DNA of 64,000 nucleotides from an uncultured Porphyromonadaceae bacterium (GTDB lineage Bacteria; Bacteroidota; Bacteroidia; Bacteroidales; Muribaculaceae): NCBI GenBank assembly GCA_947177685.1, contig CAMWVE010000009.1, positions 6,041 to 70,040 of the forward strand, read 5' to 3'. Shown piece by piece: positions 63,440 to 64,000 of this stretch (position 1 is its first letter; each line of letters starts with the position of its first letter). The notes under the pieces were generated by a model. It saw only the letters and a program-made list of their open reading frames with translations, ran no database searches and was not told where the DNA came from. The position numbers and the translations under genes were made by a program.

Positions 63440-63661
63440 TTAGTATTCATCCTCGTTGAAGAAGAAGTCTTCTTTGGAGGGGTAGTCGGGCCAGATTTCT
63501 TCGATGGAGTCGTAGGTTTCGCCTTCGTCCTCCATTTCCTGAAGGTTTTCTATTACTTCCAGTGGTGCGCCGGAGCGCATTGCGTAGTCTATAAGTTCGT
63601 CTTTTGTGGCGGGCCAAGGCGCGTCCTCAAGTTTTGATGCTAATTCGAGTGTCCAATACAT
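63440..63661 (-). CDS. DUF2795-like small protein
   Basis: The ATG at 63661 gives MYWTLELASKLEDAPWPATKDELIDYAMRSGAPLEVIENLQ, which fits the DUF2795 pattern (..fPatK.eLi.yA...gap.ev...L). GC-rich like the core genome. Confidence 0.7.
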   Translation of the reverse strand: MYWTLELASKLEDAPWPATKDELIDYAMRSGAPLEVIENLQEMEDEGETYDSIEEIWPDYPSKEDFFFNEDEY

Positions 63662-63724
63662 GATTATGGTGTTTTGGTTTTGCTGTTTTGTTTTGGGTTG
63701 CAAATTTAGCAATGGTTTTGGATT

Positions 63725-64000
63725 CTAACAATTTTTATCCCAGAATTTTTCTGGTGTTTCGGTTAAATTGTTGTAATATCTGCCGAGAATGAAGAGGTAG
63801 TCGCTGAGTCGGTTGATGAATCGGATGACTGCGGGGTCGACATGGGTGGTTTCTTCAAGGGCGAGGATGCGTCGCTCGCAACGGCGACAGACGGTGCGGG
63901 CTATGTTGGCACGGGCTGCCGCGGGCGACCCGCCGGGAAGGACGAATTGTGTCAGCGGGGGTACGAGGCTGTCAATTTGGTCTATGCGGTTTTCTATCTG
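63725..64000 (-). CDS. ATP:cob(I)alamin adenosyltransferase, PduO-type (C-terminal 91 aa; the 5' end is outside the window)
   Basis: Not in the ORF track because it is open at the window edge. The reverse frame reads ...LTQFVLPGGSPAAARANIARTVCRRCERRILAL...VIRFINRLSDYLFILGRY, the conserved PduO/MMAB core (F.lPGG....a.lh.aRtv.RRaER ... yLNRLSD.LF.laR). Confidence 0.85.
   Translation of the reverse strand, partial: QIENRIDQIDSLVPPLTQFVLPGGSPAAARANIARTVCRRCERRILALEETTHVDPAVIRFINRLSDYLFILGRYYNNLTETPEKFWDKNC

Noticed and set aside
1-64000. A search by eye for CRISPR arrays, rRNA or tRNA genes and IS-type transposases.
   Set aside because: No regularly spaced 25-40-bp repeats, no tRNA-like GGTTCGAATCC/T-arm plus CCA contexts, no rRNA-like segments and no DDE transposase ORFs were recognised. 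The ggttcg repeats at 37361-37378 do not form a tRNA-like structure.

Overview
This window looks like Bacteroidales-type chromosome. The signs are TAnnTTTG -7 promoter boxes, T9SS-type C-terminal sorting tails, Bacteroides-style Arm-domain tyrosine integrases and leaderless-looking starts without Shine-Dalgarno sequences. The exact taxon cannot be determined from the sequence alone.

There are two compositional halves.

(1) Positions 1-32105 and 63362-64000 are GC-richer core genome. This part carries:
- a partial OmpA-like lipoprotein, a HAD hydrolase, a MATE exporter and a FAD-dependent oxidoreductase
- pta-ackA
- a large membrane protein plus a small RyR-domain protein
- an acyltransferase-3 cassette bracketed by a 64-bp direct repeat
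- two divergent giant paralogous secreted proteins (2061 and 1513 aa), each with an N-terminal phosphodiester-glycosidase-like domain and a T9SS tail
- an MBOAT plus two DHHW/AlgJ-like O-acylation genes
- a TPR protein, proCBA, a DUF2795 protein and a partial PduO-type adenosyltransferase

(2) Positions about 32106-63361 are a visibly AT-rich accessory island of about 31 kb, inserted exactly between the proA stop codon and the DUF2795 terminator. It carries:
- a 1621-aa exonuclease-RecQ-UvrD fusion protein
- two paralogous tyrosine integrases in inverted orientation (one with an excisionase) and a serine recombinase
- a WYL-domain regulator
- an SF2-helicase/primase-like replication protein next to iteron-like repeats
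- two C5 cytosine methyltransferases
- an LlaJI-like McrB/McrC restriction operon with an extra 537-aa orphan gene
- several small orphan operons
- at the right end, a tightly coupled three-gene operon: PARP-like H-Y-E ADP-ribosyltransferase-fold protein, PfkB-like kinase, NADAR domain protein

I consider that last operon the best candidate for an undescribed toxin/immunity or defence system. The island also has its own repeated promoter box, a roughly 130-bp inverted promoter-leader repeat and a recurrent TTTCGTA operator/iteron motif.

No rRNA, tRNA or CRISPR array was recognised. All functional calls come from motif recognition by eye. No database search was run.
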